DNA of 64,000 bases, from the NCBI GenBank assembly GCA_038496445.1, contig JALMLS010000577.1, positions 248,001 to 312,000 on the forward strand, in the 5' to 3' direction. Made by a program: the position numbers and the translations under genes. Every line of letters starts with the position of its first letter. Positions within the stretch are counted from its first letter, which is position 1. Source of the stretch: Trichosphaerium sp. ATCC 40318 (Eukaryota > Protista > Tubulinea). The notes below the pieces were generated by a model that worked only from the letters and a program-made list of their open reading frames with translations, had not been told where the DNA came from and did not search any database. Shown here in pieces: positions 38,053-51,833 of this stretch.

Positions 38053-40717
38053 CTACTCATACATAACATCGCAGTAGCGAGATGTTTCACCGTGAACACG
38101 TACACGGTAGATGCAAGTGTAACGATGTCCGTAATTCTCCTTGAATCGGAAAACAACATGGGAGAACGCCTACAAAGAAAAGAATAAGTCAAAGCACAGA
38201 GAAAACAAAAACAAGACAGTCACTGACTTGTCAAGTGAATGTCAGACGTACCTCCTTGTTCTTGAGCTCAAACATTTGTGTTGTAGCTCCAGATTGATCG
38301 TAACTGTGGACACCCAATGGTACCATACGAGATGTGGTTTCAACACATCCTTTATCTTCGTTTTTACCATCTTTGTCTTTACGGCATTTTCTTGTCAAGG
38401 TTTGACCCCAGACTTCGAAGGCTTTAGGAGCAGCACGACGTCTAAAATACAACATCAGCACATAGGTAACAGAAGATGGTCATTGAGCGCTATTTAACGC
38501 TGATTGGGTTCAAAATAGACGTACCCAGTTGGTGATACGCTGGCAGGGATGTGATCAATAGAGAAAGAGTCAACAACAATTGGACAGTGAAGAGAAATTG
38601 TAAGGTTGGCTTTTTGACCATCAAAAGCCCAGCAGTTAGCAGGCCAGATTTCCTTCGAGAGAACTTCAGAAGGCTCAGCAAGGGCACTTGCGCCAGTGAG
38701 GTAGCTAAATACAGTATCTAGGACTCTAAAGAGGAACGAGTAAGCAAATGAATCTTGAAGAACAAAAAGCGAGGGAAAAAAATAAACGGTAGAAAAAAGC
38801 CGTTGAAACAACGACTTTAATTAAGGATTTGCAAGAAAACAGGTTCCTAACGCACCCATGGTCTGGAGAAACGTAGCTGGCAGAAGCAGAGCCCATCATG
38901 GCGTAGTCTACTCTTTGGACGCCGTGGTCACCGTTGATGTAGTCATCTACAACCTTAGCGATCTTGGCTTCATCAACTTTACCAGAAGGATCACTAAGAG
39001 AAAACAGTTAGGAACTGGCACAAAAACAGTCCCTTTTTTTTGGGTAAAATCTTGAGTGTTTGAGGCCGTTGTTGGCATTCAGCGTTAAAAGGAACTCAAA
39101 AAGATACGTACGCTTTGATCTTTGCAAGAACAGCATTTACAATGCGTGATGTTTGAGCGTTGGTGAGGGCTACAAAGAAAGGTGAGAAGACATTACCAAA
39201 AAAAAAAAAAAAGATTATTCGTCGAAACTAGACTTGAACGCTCAAATAACGTACTTGAAGCAGACATGTGGGATTTTACAGCGCGTTCAACAGCGCTAGA
39301 GTCCATCTTATTCTTAAGGGAAGCTTCAGCAGCCTGTGTACGGGTAGTCAAAGAATCCATCTACAAAGATAAATAAGCACGGAGCCACGGCGGAGGGACA
39401 ACAAAAAACCGCGATCTTCAAGATCGCGTCATTCAAATTAAAGGCTATTTGGGTTTTTTTTTGTCTCTTTTGGACGTACTTGGCTCTTAAGGGACTTGAT
39501 TTGTGATGAATACTCAACAGCTTGAGCGCCAGTAAGTTTGGTCTGCAAGTTATTCATTTGTTGCCTCAACTGGACCACCTTAGAAGTCAAAGTACTAATA
39601 TCCTACAAAAACCAGTTAATACGTTACTCTAAGTATAAATAGAAATGATTTTGTTACTAAAACTCGGATGCGCGTATTGTCAAGGCGGAAAAATTTGAAC
39701 CAAAAAAAAAAAAAAGCGCAACTTGAATTTTTTGTTCAATTTTTTTTTGAAGCAATTTGGGGTTTTCGCACGTTTTTGTCTTTATTTGAGGACATTTTGA
39801 GTTCTGTTACGCTCTTTTTGAGTTCTCTTGTGAGACCTATTAAAATAGGAGTATTAGAAAGGAGAAAGAGAAAAGGAAGATGCAAAGCAACTTACTCTTT
39901 CTTACTGAATCAACGTATTGTTGCACTTCTTTGGCGCCATCGCCTTGGAGATTTGGAATGGTAACGTTCTAGATAGAAATAAGAGGAGGTAAAAACAGAA
40001 AAACGCAAAATAAAAAAAGAGCAGAAAAACTCAGAAACTGGCACTAACCTGGCTAGAACCGCCGAACATGCCGCTGGCAGGGTTGAAATCGTTTGTAATA
40101 CCAACAAATACCAAGTAAAGTGCAAATAGGAAAAGAACGCCGATAAGGGTCTTAGCGAGCTAAACAGATAAAATAAGCAAATTTACATGGAATAAAGCGG
40201 TTTTCGTACAGAACCAAGATATTTACGGCTGTTACTTAGAGACCAGACTTCTACAATGGCTATTACTCCCCAAAGGCCCCACAAGGACATGTAAAGTTGT
40301 TGCAAGACCCAAGCGAGAGAAAAGAGTACGAGGCGAACTACAAATCCGTATTGATTTCAAATAGTTTACCAAACAAGCCAGGTACTCGCAATTTACAGTG
40401 CAAAAAGACAAAAAAAAAATACCTGGGTCAGTTATTGAAGGCCAACTTTGGGCGTTGTCCTCTTCCATGGCATCTTTGCCTTTTCCTTGGCTACCATAAC
40501 GCTCTACAAGAGGCGTATCGTAGTTATCCTTTGTTTTCTTCACAGGTTTTTTACGTGGTGTGAGAGTAGGCTTTCTACCTTCGGCATTAGTGTATTTTGA
40601 ACATTCAAAGGTAAAAGCAGGAGCCCAAACGGGTAACGAGCAAGAAGCAGTATTTTGAAAAACCCAAAAAGGCGGGCAGAACTGTATTAGGTACCCGTTC
40701 GCTGTTTTCTTCGACAT
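38053..40717 (-). CDS. SUN-domain (Sad1/UNC-84) nuclear envelope protein
   Basis: N-terminal basic region, TM segments and coiled coil, then DYAMMG, PANCWAFDG, FSIDHIP, APKAFEVWG, ENYGHRYTCIYRVRVHG. Confidence 0.9.
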
Positions 40718-42415
40718 TTTAATTTATATGTTCGAGTAGTTAGTACTACTGAGGTTGCTAACGGTAGAATTTTATTAAAAACAATTGACTTAGCGGGAAA
40801 TTGACTCAATTCTGAGGTATTCTCTCAGTTAATGGCTACTTTGGTAATGTTACCGTTAAATACTGTACTTGAGCGGTAAATTAGTACTACGGCCTTCCCT
40901 GGCCATATTAATACACTAATCAAAGTAACTATTTTGCATCGTTCACAAATGCAATCCACATCATAACGCTATTGATTTTTGTTCGTTGACGTTGCAATGT
41001 AGTTCTGCAACTATCAACGTAGCTAAGGCCTCAAAGTAGCTTTGTACGAAGTGGACTCACACGTCGCAAAATTGTAACGTTTGCAATGAAGCATCTCAAC
41101 ACTCACGAACATGTGTTTAACGTCTTGGTTACGTAACAGATCATTGTATCGGACGGGAACTTTAGCTATTCTTGCTTACGCACCTGAGGCGTGCCCAGCC
41201 GGCAGTGACTCGTGCTTACCCCCTGTGCGTGTGTCACCGCTGTGCCTTTCTAGCACTTTGGCTAAGAGACTAAAATTGTCGTGTATTTCGGGCGCTTGTA
41301 CGTAACATCTGGACGTGTAAGCCGTACACAGTGAGCATTCTACGCATGCTTTATTCCGTTTGAGGCTCAAAACAGTCGCCTTTGCTACACGAGCTCCAAG
41401 GCACCTTCCCAACCTTTCAATACGCTCAAAAACCTCCTCGGATTCGTTTCAACCGGTTTTTAGAAAAAAAGCTAAAAAAACGTCAGTACATTTTCTTTTG
41501 ACATTCGTACTGTACGGTACCAAGCGAACAGCAGTTCTGGCTAGCCTGTGTAATGAGTTGCGATTCTACTACGAACGTTTCATAAAAAATAAATGAGAAA
41601 TACTCAACTCGTTCAAACTCCACCAATACGTACTGACGGATAACATATATCATAGTTACGTTAACCACTTTTTTTTTACAAGTCAAAATTGTCTTGTTTT
41701 AAACAAGATTGTACCCAATTACAATCGGGGTGCCTGCAAACGTGTTTCATCGCCATTTTATCATCAAAATATTTCGAATCTGCTAGTACGAGAGGAACGC
41801 ACGGTGAGAAGCGTTGTACAGGTTATGTAACATGTAGACAAAAGGGGAGGTAACCGTGGAATAGTACTTCGATTAAACATATAGCAACAGCAAAATCTTC
41901 AAAAGAATAGCCTCTTAGGATCGCGTAACTGCATTAGCCAACAGTTCAGTCTGTCAACGCGCATTGGTAGTTTCCTGTTGAATCACAGGCTGCCGTGTCG
42001 ATGGTAAAGCTGGTAGGCTCTACCCTTCGAGTGTATAGAACCTGTGCAACGTCAAACGCTCACAAAACCAAAGCACGTTGCGCAACCACCCCTTTTTTTT
42101 TTGTAGTTTAAGTCTTCTTAACGAGTAACTCATTTGCTCTCCAATGAAGAACGAGATACAACCGTATCAATCACGCCAGAAATGGCAATGTTTCTTTATG
42201 GATACACGTGCTATAGTAGTTTATGTACTGATTAAGACAAGGGTGAATAGACTGTCAAGTAAGAAGCGAGCAATGCTCGTCACCTTAGTAAGTAGTGAAA
42301 GGAGGACTGTTGGATAAGTTGTGTAATAACTCAATTGTCAGTGGCGTGCTATACAAGTTGTTAACGTTTTGACAGTGCTAAAAGCACTGAATGGCAAAAT
42401 AAACTTGAAACTAGT

Positions 42416-43036
42416 TTAGGTTTTCTTAATTTTATTTTTGGTATTTTTACTTGTTTTTTTTCTTTTCTTATGCTCTATGACCAATTCCACGACGTAGCTG
42501 GTGTATGCTATTCTAGTGCATTCGGGAAAAAAGTGTCTTGGAGGGAATGCGTGTTTAGCGAGTGTCTGACGAATTAGTTTCAAATGCTCCAAATCTGCGT
42601 GTGAAGGCGTTTTGTCGATATCATACATAGCAAGTGCGAAAACTGATAGTACTTTGTTGTGATATTGTAAATCTTGAACGAGGTGCCATGCTGATAGTTT
42701 TGGCCAGTTTATCTTTCGTTTGGGTTGTTTTTTTGTACGTTTTTTGATCGATTTTTGTTGTGATTGATTATTAAAAATTAGTTCAGTAGTTATTCCTCTA
42801 GCTTGTCTCCTGGCTCGCCTTCTGCGTCTACGACGTTCTCTCCGTCTTTTACACTCTTTTGTGCGCTTTTTGCTCGACCGTTTTGGTTTTTGACAAGTGT
42901 CAATGTTAGAAGCTTCTCGTAGTGTGCGCTCTACGTTCTTCGGGATGTTGATGCTGTTTTTACGCTGTTTAGAGCATTTTGTTGGTTTTGATGTTACAGT
43001 TGTGTTATAGGTGCTAATAAACATTGGAAAATACAT
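42416..43036 (-). CDS. Hypothetical highly basic protein (Arg/Lys-rich)
   Basis: 206-aa intronless ORF with RRRERRRRRRRARRQAR and a helical-looking C-terminal domain; no family recognised. Confidence 0.45.
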   Translation of the reverse strand: MYFPMFISTYNTTVTSKPTKCSKQRKNSINIPKNVERTLREASNIDTCQKPKRSSKKRTKECKRRRERRRRRRRARRQARGITTELIFNNQSQQKSIKKRTKKQPKRKINWPKLSAWHLVQDLQYHNKVLSVFALAMYDIDKTPSHADLEHLKLIRQTLAKHAFPPRHFFPECTRIAYTSYVVELVIEHKKRKKTSKNTKNKIKKT

Positions 43037-43449
43037 AGTGTGTTGAGTTGATGTGTAATAGATTGAGGTGAATAAATAATGGCCATCCGTCCATGATTGA
43101 TAACGCGCTTTTGGAAGTTTTTTCGTTGAATCTAAGTTTTTGGCCTTTAAAACCTTTTGATAGATTTCTCAAGTGCCTGTTAGTGCAAGAGACTTTCAAT
43201 CATGATACAATATGATTGATACAAGGTTATTTGTTGATTGAAACAATCTTTAACTTTCAGATTGAAAAACAAGTTCGTTTGGTTAGTAATGGTATTAAAC
43301 GCTGGTTGATAGAATTACACGCGGTTTTAGGCAAGTTTAGATTTTTTGCATAAAAAACCGTCAAACCGCTCTTGTTTGTACGTTGCACATTCTTCTTTAC
43401 TATGGTACAATAACTGCTTGTTGGCAACGTCACTTTTTTTTTTTTGGCT

Positions 43450-46400
43450 TTAAAGGTTGTCTATACACAGTTGCGCTACGAGTGTAAACAAATCGCTTAC
43501 ATTATAGCCTATTTTAGAGCTGACTTCAATACCTTCAATCTCATGCCGCAAACAAAATTCCTTGGTGGGGTTACACGCTGTTTAAATTCAAAAAAGCTTG
43601 TTTATAAACGAACCTCTATATCCCAAGATGGTACCATACGATCAGCGGCAAGATCAGCTTTGAGTAAAGCAAGAACAATCACAATACTTTCAGAACCATT
43701 TCTCGCAACTTGATTCTTCCATTTTGACACGTGTTGCCAACCTACGTGCTTGTTATTAATTATTGAGAAGTGAAAGAACGTGGTGATTGATTAGTCAGGT
43801 TGGAAAGAAAGTATTGGGTGTTGGGTTGATTGAGTAAATTTTTTTTTCACAAGTTTTTTTGTCAAGCTTTTTGGGTTGTGTACTTGAGTAGCATGTTAGA
43901 TCGCAACAAATTATGCAAGCGTTGACTTTTTCAAGTGCAAGAGTATACGGTGGATTTGCTGTATTCTGAGAATAGTCTTTCTAGAAGGTAGTGGTGTTTT
44001 AAATAAGAAAAACTCAATTCGTATTCCGTACTATTTTGAGCCATATGGCGGAATTGGCTATCCTCACTGTAGTAAAATTCTAATGTAACAATAAGGTGTT
44101 AACGTCGAACTAAGTTTTTTTTATGCAGGGTGCAACAAGCTTTGTCGACGTTGAGAGGAAAGCGAAAAAACAAAAAAATTACACGTGCCATATCACCTCT
44201 TGTAACGGGAGACTTATATGCTCCTTTACACATGCTGTCAACTAGTGTAGTTTTACCTTGTATTGTAGTAGTTAATAAGATAAAAGAATAGATATATGCG
44301 GCTTGTGATACATACCACTTTGAGGAGATCCTGTGACCACAATTGAAAATGAAAACTGTGCAATATCTTTGCTTTGTGAAGAAAAAAGCTGCTTTATACG
44401 AGTCAATCTAGATTTTTTATAAGACCATGTCTTAGCTCTAGAAGGCTCTCTTGTATGAGAAGACTTTGGAATTCTCATAGATAACGTTGAAAATGAGTTA
44501 AGCCGTCGAACATCATTAGAAGCACGAATAATCCACGAACTTGTTACTTTTGAAAAATAGTCACGTTCGTCTTCTAAGGAAGAAACTAAATCAGTACAAC
44601 GAAATCAATGGATAATACTCAATCTAGTTCATGGTGTTCGATCCTTGGTGAAATTAAACCGTGTTTCACCAAGGGATAAACGCCATGGTCCAGATTGGCC
44701 TTTCCGCAGTAAAAAGTGGAGAAGTTGAAAGATAGCATTTTATATGTTGTATCGTACTATGTCTGAGCTTCCTTTCTAATGATACTTTTCGCCCACATAT
44801 CAATGCAAATGTCCGACATACCCATGCCATAGCAACAAGATGTGTTGAAAGTGGAATGAAAGATATGACACGTTCCCAAACCTCAGTTGGTAAAGGCGAC
44901 GAAAAATAAGTTTTAGCTGCTCCTTGATTCTTTACTAATAATTGCTCCATTACTCTATTTTCAAGATGCCTTGCTATATCAAGAGGTGTACCATCTACAC
45001 TCTAATAGACCGAGTATAAATTAGGTATAAAGGATGAAAATGGAGCTCACTTGTTCTTCAAGAAGGTACTCAAGATTATTTCGTTTGACGTATTTTACGA
45101 GAACCTTCATCACATGCGGAGACTTTCTTCTGGCTGCCTATTTTTTTAAAAACGTTGTAAAACATGTAAAAATTCAATATCAATTCAATGACATATTGTA
45201 CTTACACAATGTAATGCAGTCTCTCCAGTGCTATATTTTTATTAATACAACACAAAAAAAACGAAATTTCGTATTACTTACTTTGATTGACATGTTATAT
45301 CAATTCGCTTAGCAAGCAAGTACTTGACAACAAACGCATTACTACGTCGGGCCGCACAATGTAAAGGCGTTTTACGGGTATCTTCAGTACGTCCGGCTAC
45401 TTTCGCTAAAATTGACTTATTTAGAAGTTATTTCTCTTTGTCACACGTGTACCTCTCAGGAAAGCGTCGTATATTTTTACAAAAGCTTGCTTTTGCTTTG
45501 ATATTCGTGGTCTAAACCCAGCAAATGTCCATAGAGTATCTCCTACTCCAGAACGTGTTATTTTAGCGTTTGTTACTATAACGACGAGCATGTCAAGTAT
45601 AGTATTTTTGTTTGATGTGTTTGAGAACAATAAGCTGACAACATGTTCTAGTAGTGATCCTTTTAAGTATTGATGATCGAATATACAGTTGACGTCTATT
45701 TGTAGTTGCAATAGAAAATACTTTAAGAATCTTTCATCACCTAATCAGACTAACACGTGAGTAAAACAATAATTTAAATGCTTAATTTTTTTTTGAATGC
45801 CTTGTTGTATAGCCGTTAATGCCATTGCTCCCTTTTCGTTTCTTGAAAGACGTATTGGATCATTAAGTACACTGCTCAACTCTTCAATTTCATCTAGTGC
45901 AGTATTATCCTTATTAGCGGCTATACACATCAGAGGACATAGACCAAGCCTAAATCCAAATCAAAACTCTCAAATTTCTCTGTAACTGGCGTACTTATTC
46001 TTTTTACCACGATTTGCACCTGCTTTAAGTAACCATCGAAAATATGTGTAATCTCTTTGATACAAAGATAAATGCAACGGTGTATCGCCTTTACGATTCT
46101 CAAGATTGACATCAACACCTTCCAAAAAAGTGTCAAAAAACCCACAAAAAACATCAGAGAACTTTGCAGTTTGTTTTTTTTATTAATCACGTGCCGTTTT
46201 CTATTAATGTTATAAATAAACGTCTAGTGACTGATCTACCCTCGCTTGAAGGCCAAAGCATTAAAAAATGCAACGCATTATTCCCTGTACGGTCATCTAT
46301 CTTTAAAGGGCTTTGACCTTGCATTACTAACTCTCTTGCAACGTCCAACTGACCTTCAACGTGTTCATAATTGTAATAATTGTCTTTTATGTTGTCAAAT

Positions 46401-46685
46401 ACAATTACCTGATTGTAGTGCATCCAATAAAGAAATACCATTAGTTATACCTATTCTGCTATAGTGCGTTGTGAGTTCATTCATTCAAGCACATGTTGAT
46501 TTAACCTCGTGCGCGTTGGCGCTAGAAAAATATCATTATCATCTGTTTTCGTGGATTGGGTACTCCTGGACTCTAAAAAGACGCATTCAGAGGGCGTTTA
46601 GAGGGTTTTTTGGAATAAATATTCAGTTCACTCTGTTTAATGCACCTTTTTTCCAATCTTTAAATGTGGAAACGTGCCAAGCCAT
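43450..46685 (-). CDS. Ankyrin repeat-F-box-atypical Rab/Ras GTPase protein, copy A
   Basis: ANK: GNNALH, ENGVDVNLENRKGDTPLH, GDTLWTFA. F-box: FSSPLPTEVWERVISFIP...MAWVCRTF. GTPase: IVVTGSPQSGKT, KDYSQ, WKNQV, LLKADL, IEVSSKIGYNVSDLF. Confidence 0.8.
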
Positions 46686-47077
46686 CCAAGTCAAAAAAAG
46701 CGATTAAACAACAACGGTGGAATGACTAAATATTTTTATTGAAAACAAAACACGTGTTGACTTAACCGTATGTGAATTTCATTGTGTCAAAGTAAATGTA
46801 TAAAATAGGTGATGCATTCGATCTATGTATGTATATATACTTCTCAACTCATGAGAGGTTCTGAAAGCACTTTAAACGAAAATACTTTATCCTCCTGACT
46901 GACATTAAGAAAAAAAATGCGAAAGTTTTTGTCCGGACGTTGTGATTTGGCTGCAAAAGGCTCTCGCGATTTACCCATTATTACTCGTAATTTATAATTT
47001 GCCATAAAGCCGTAGCGGCTATGACGTTTTTACTGGTGGGGAGAAACAAGAGTCTGGTGAATGTACATTTTCTTATG

Positions 47078-50000
47078 TTAAGATGAGGAATTTTCTTCAT
47101 CTTCCGCGTTATCCAAGTATTGCTGTGCTACTATAGTGAAAATATCGTTCGTATTATAAGATGTCTTTGCACTTGCTTCAACAGCGCATATTTCAAGCTC
47201 TTTGCAAAACTCCTAGTTTCAACAATATGAGATAGTTTTTGCGAACAAAGATAGTACCTTGATCTCTTTTGGCATCACTTTTCGATCACTGGTAAGATCA
47301 GCTTTGAGAAGTGCTACTAAAATACCACGGGGATCCGCGAAGTATGTTACTTCCTGCAGCCACTTTTTAACATTAATCCAACCTAAGTGTTTACGCAAAC
47401 AATAAGAAAAAAACTAGAATCCAGAGCAAAAAACTCGAAAGAAAAAAATGCGAAAGATGAGTTCAAATATTGTACACCGGCACTCTGATGTAAAATGAAG
47501 GACGTAATAATCAGGGTAAAACTAACCACTACACATACATATATTTTTACGAGGATAGGTATTAATCAAACCTTTGGAGCCAAGAAAAATCAATTTCGAA
47601 AAAAAACCTCAAAAACTGTATCTTTGTTTCTCTTAAAAGCGTACTTTGTTCTTGTGTTATGTCACAGCAAACAATACAACATGAAATACCACGATACCAT
47701 ATCGTATTGTGATGTTTAAAAGGCGTAAACTTTGGCTCAAACTATACACCATAAACAAAATAACAGAGAGTCTTCTTTCACTTACTATATTTAATTTAAC
47801 CTTTCTCTGACCAACTACCATTTTCTTTGTTGTTGTTATCTATCGTAAAAATCAAACTCAAGTCATAAAAATATATACGTACACAGTCTCTTGAAGACTT
47901 GAGGAAGTTAGCAGAGAATTTGTCCGCACAAAACCGTGATACAAGTTGAGATTTTCCTTTTTTTGATTAGCAACAAGTCTTTTCACAATGTTTCTCGTAC
48001 CACACCCAGGATCGCCAAGTACGACTATCTTTATTACTAATTCTTCATCACTATCTCTATCGTTTATTGGTGCTATTGGAGGGTTGTCTGTATCTTTCTT
48101 CTTTGCTAAACCTAACCATGATTTCATTGCTTGCTTAGCCGTCTTTTTACTTGGAGATGTAGGCACACGTGACCGTGATTCTAAAATAAACGATAAGAAT
48201 TACGTGTTATACAATTATAAAACGAGTTGTTAGTACGTACCAATCTCAACAAGAGTCTCAATTGCATGTGGAAGCCATGCAGTCCTTCGTTTGTATCCAA
48301 AGTAAATACCTATTTTTTTATCAATGAAACACATTTACCTTTGTGCTTTACCGTCTCTCACCTTCTTTACAATATTTTGTGCTATAGAACTTATTACTTA
48401 AACTAGAGAATGTTCTACAAGTCCAAGCCATTGCAACTAGACTACTTGAAAGTGGTAACATCTCAAAAACAATAGTCCATATTTCAAGAGGCAAATATGA
48501 ACTGAAATATTGATTTGTTTTTTTTGGTGTATGTTTCTGTAGCAACATCACAAGTTTCTCGTCACCTTCTTTACTAATTTCTTTCGCTATATCTAAGGGA
48601 GTACCATCTATACCCTATATAATAAATGAGTTTGATATTGGTCCAATGATACAACAGTAGAAGTTAACGTACTTCTTCAAGGAGCAAAAAATTAAATCGA
48701 GCTTGCTCCACATGTTGTAGCAGAACTTTCATTATTTTTACAGATCCGCGCCTTGCTGCCTAATCATACCTTAAAATAGTTTCGAGTTATCTCACATACA
48801 ACATGTAGAGCTGTTTCACCGGACCTAGGGATTTGGGTGAGAACAAGCGCAGTATGATTTTTTGGAGCTGTACCTCGTCCTTTTTTTGATATCAAATCCT
48901 TCTGTTAGGAGGTGCTTCACAAGGAACACATAATTATGTTTGACAGCAAGGTGAAGTAACGTTTCTTTCGTTTCATCATCTCTTATATCACGTGACACTT
49001 AACGTGTCAGCAACTACTTAAAAAAAGGCGAGGTACTTGAAAGCATTTGTTGTAGAATCTGTATTAATGCTCTTTTTTGGTATGAGCTTACTGGCATGCA
49101 TGTCACAAGTATCAATGGCGCTTTCCCAATACCACAACTCTTGAGATTGGTGTTCATTATAGAGAGTAAAATATCGTATAAAGCATCACTGTTGTTATTT
49201 CTTAGGTACATAGTTGCATGTTCCAAAATAGTCATTGAAGAGCCGTTATGTTTATACGTTGCGTTTATATCAAGTTGAAGCAATTGTAAGCTTTTTTTAA
49301 CTATTTCAACAAGGCCTAGGCGAACATGATCAGCGAAAGTTAAAGGTAGGTACAAACCTCGCTCAATTGCGTGGAGGACGATTACTCCTTTTTCAGCAAG
49401 TGTCATACCTGGTACAGAACAGTTTAACAATTGCTGATCACGTGCGTCGACAATAAAACTTACGGTTATTTATTGTTGTTCCTGATAATGTAATATGTTT
49501 TCTAGTATCCCTGTTTTGCAGCACCCATTCCAGTGGCGATAAACCAACACTGTATAAAAATGTGAATGCATTTTCAAAATAAAAATAAGGCCAACAAAAA
49601 AGCCGTACCTATTCGGCTGTAAACCGTCAGCGCCTGCCTCCAACAACCACCTAAAACACTTGATATTACTCTTGTATAAACTCATATGCAACGGTGTATC
49701 TCCAGAAGCGTTACCAAGGTTTATATCGACTCCTAAAACATTCCATAAAAAAGAATACTCAAACAACTCATAACTTTTCTTGCCTGACGATAAGAGTAAA
49801 TTGAATAACTCTCGCGCTTTCTCTATCGAGTCTCTATCATAAACCCAATACGAAAAAGCGTGCATGCTATTGTTTGAATTGTTGTCAATAAAAAGTATCA
49901 CGTTTTTGTTTGATAAGAGATGCTCAACATTGTCTAAACCACCTGGACAACATCTTAGAAAAAAAAACCGAGAACTATCCACAAAAAAAAACCAAAACTA

Positions 50001-50294
50001 AATATATCCTCGTTACCTCGCTTTAATTCCTTATGTAATTGTAATCCAAGGGTAGAATTGGAACTACTGTTGCTCCCTCTAGGCGTAGTAGTTCAATGTA
50101 ATGTCAATAAATTTTTATGTACGCTGTCGCGTCTGTTTTGATATTCTTAAGTCTCGGATTGGTTTTTAATCGCTGTAAAGCTAAAAAATCTATTGTGGCG
50201 ATTTAACACCTTTCAGCAATTACTCTTTTTGTGTCGTACCTGCGTTATACAATATACGTCGATTACTTTTATAATAACACCACTGTGTTTCCAT
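47078..50294 (-). CDS. Ankyrin repeat-F-box-atypical Rab/Ras GTPase protein, copy B
   Basis: ANK: GVDINLGNASGDTPLH, ETLLHLAV. F-box: FSSYLPLEIWTIVFEMLP...MAWTCRTF. GTPase: IKIVVLGDPGCGTR, NVKKWLQEV, LLKADL, VEASAKTSYNTNDIF. Confidence 0.8.
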
Positions 50295-50674
50295 GGCTAT
50301 TGTGTAAGCACGTGTTTTCAAAATAGGACTTAACGTTTGTTGATAATGACACTGCGAAACTTTCAAGTGCACCTTGCAGATTTAAAACAAGTGCTTCTTT
50401 ACATGTTCACACGTCTTTCCACCGTTTGTTTTATCTATATCATCACACAAACACTTCGGTCCAATAGCACAAGTATCTTACAGAATCTCACAGATTGTCT
50501 TGAGAGATAAGTGTTTATTTCAACGAAAAGAAAGAGAAAAGGTATTGATGAGACTACGATTACACTGATATTACACCTGCCATTTATAGCTACTTGGATA
50601 CATCACGTGGTTTCAAATCAAAAGGAAACAGTACTTTTTATTAGGGTGCACTGTTTAGTGGTTACATTTCTTGT

Positions 50675-51833
50675 CTATTCTCTACTAAACTCTGTTTCTC
50701 CATCAGTTTGTCTATGAGAAGACACTGGAGCCTTGGTTACGGAACCAGGAGCAGGTGTGGCAGGCTCACAATCGCAACAGCAAGAGCACTCAGCCGTTGT
50801 TTTAGTGATAATACCACTATCGCAACAACCAAGATCCATCTCAGTTACAGATGTTACTTGACAGCCACCATAGTCAGCAACAACAGGAAAACCCAAGGCA
50901 ACACATTGACTAGTAAAACATGAGTAAAAAAAACAGAAAAAAAATCACAAAGCAAAACAAAAGCGTACGCTGCACAATCGTCTTTGGCATTTTGAAGCGG
51001 ATCTTCAGCGTTAGGCTCATTTCTACAATTCACAGAGCTACCAGTACCAATGAGAGGTTTACGGCAAGGTTTTGGTTCACATGTGGAGCAGTTGGTGTAT
51101 GCGAGCATGAAGCCATTTACAAGCTTTGTGTTTCTCAAGTCAACAACAAGAGTGTTTACGCCTGGTGCCAATGTCAAGGTGAAAGTGGTTGCAGCGTTAA
51201 ATCCAGTTGAATGGTAAGCACAAGGCAAAGTGATGAGTTGACCGTTCAAAGTAGCTGTAGCAATGTAGTTGTCAGCCCAACATTTTGCAGTGATTGAAGC
51301 GCCTTCACAATCTGGAGCTGTAAGTTCAACGTTGTATTCAAAGTTCGTGAAGGTTAGGGCACTGGAACTTGGAGCGCTAACCCATCCTGCCTGTTAAAAG
51401 AAATTAGAACTGGGTAGTCTTATTGTTTGTCTTGAAAACGTACTGGAACTGGGAAACTGGCTGGGTTAACCCAACTGTTGTCGTTTAGTACTCGTGAATT
51501 GCAACATTGGTTTGGCGCTACATTGTCGTCCCAACAGTTGTTGAATCCAGGATGTGGACTACCACAAATACCCCAATGAGAATCTCTTGAGGATAGGCCG
51601 GAAGGTAGTAATGAGAAATCGTTGGCGACACCTACAAAAGAGGGTTAGTCTTTGGCAAAAAAGGAACGTTGACAACAGTGGTCACTTTTAGATAATTCAC
51701 GTGAAATGTTAGAAATCGTACCTGTTGGATAAGCGCCGAGAGAAGTCAAGCATTCTTGCACGCCAGGTTCATAAGCAGCCAAGGCAAGAGTAGCAGCACA
51801 GACTAAGAGAAGGACAAGAGATGAGGTGTCCAT
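50675..51833 (-). CDS. Secreted Cys-rich protein with a putative carbohydrate-binding jelly-roll domain
   Basis: Signal peptide MDTSSLVLLLVCAATLALA; WVSAP...CWADN...ATLNG...FTLTLAPGVNTLVVDLRN pattern of galactose-binding-like beta sandwiches; Cys-rich C-terminal part. 3' end approximate. Confidence 0.6.
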
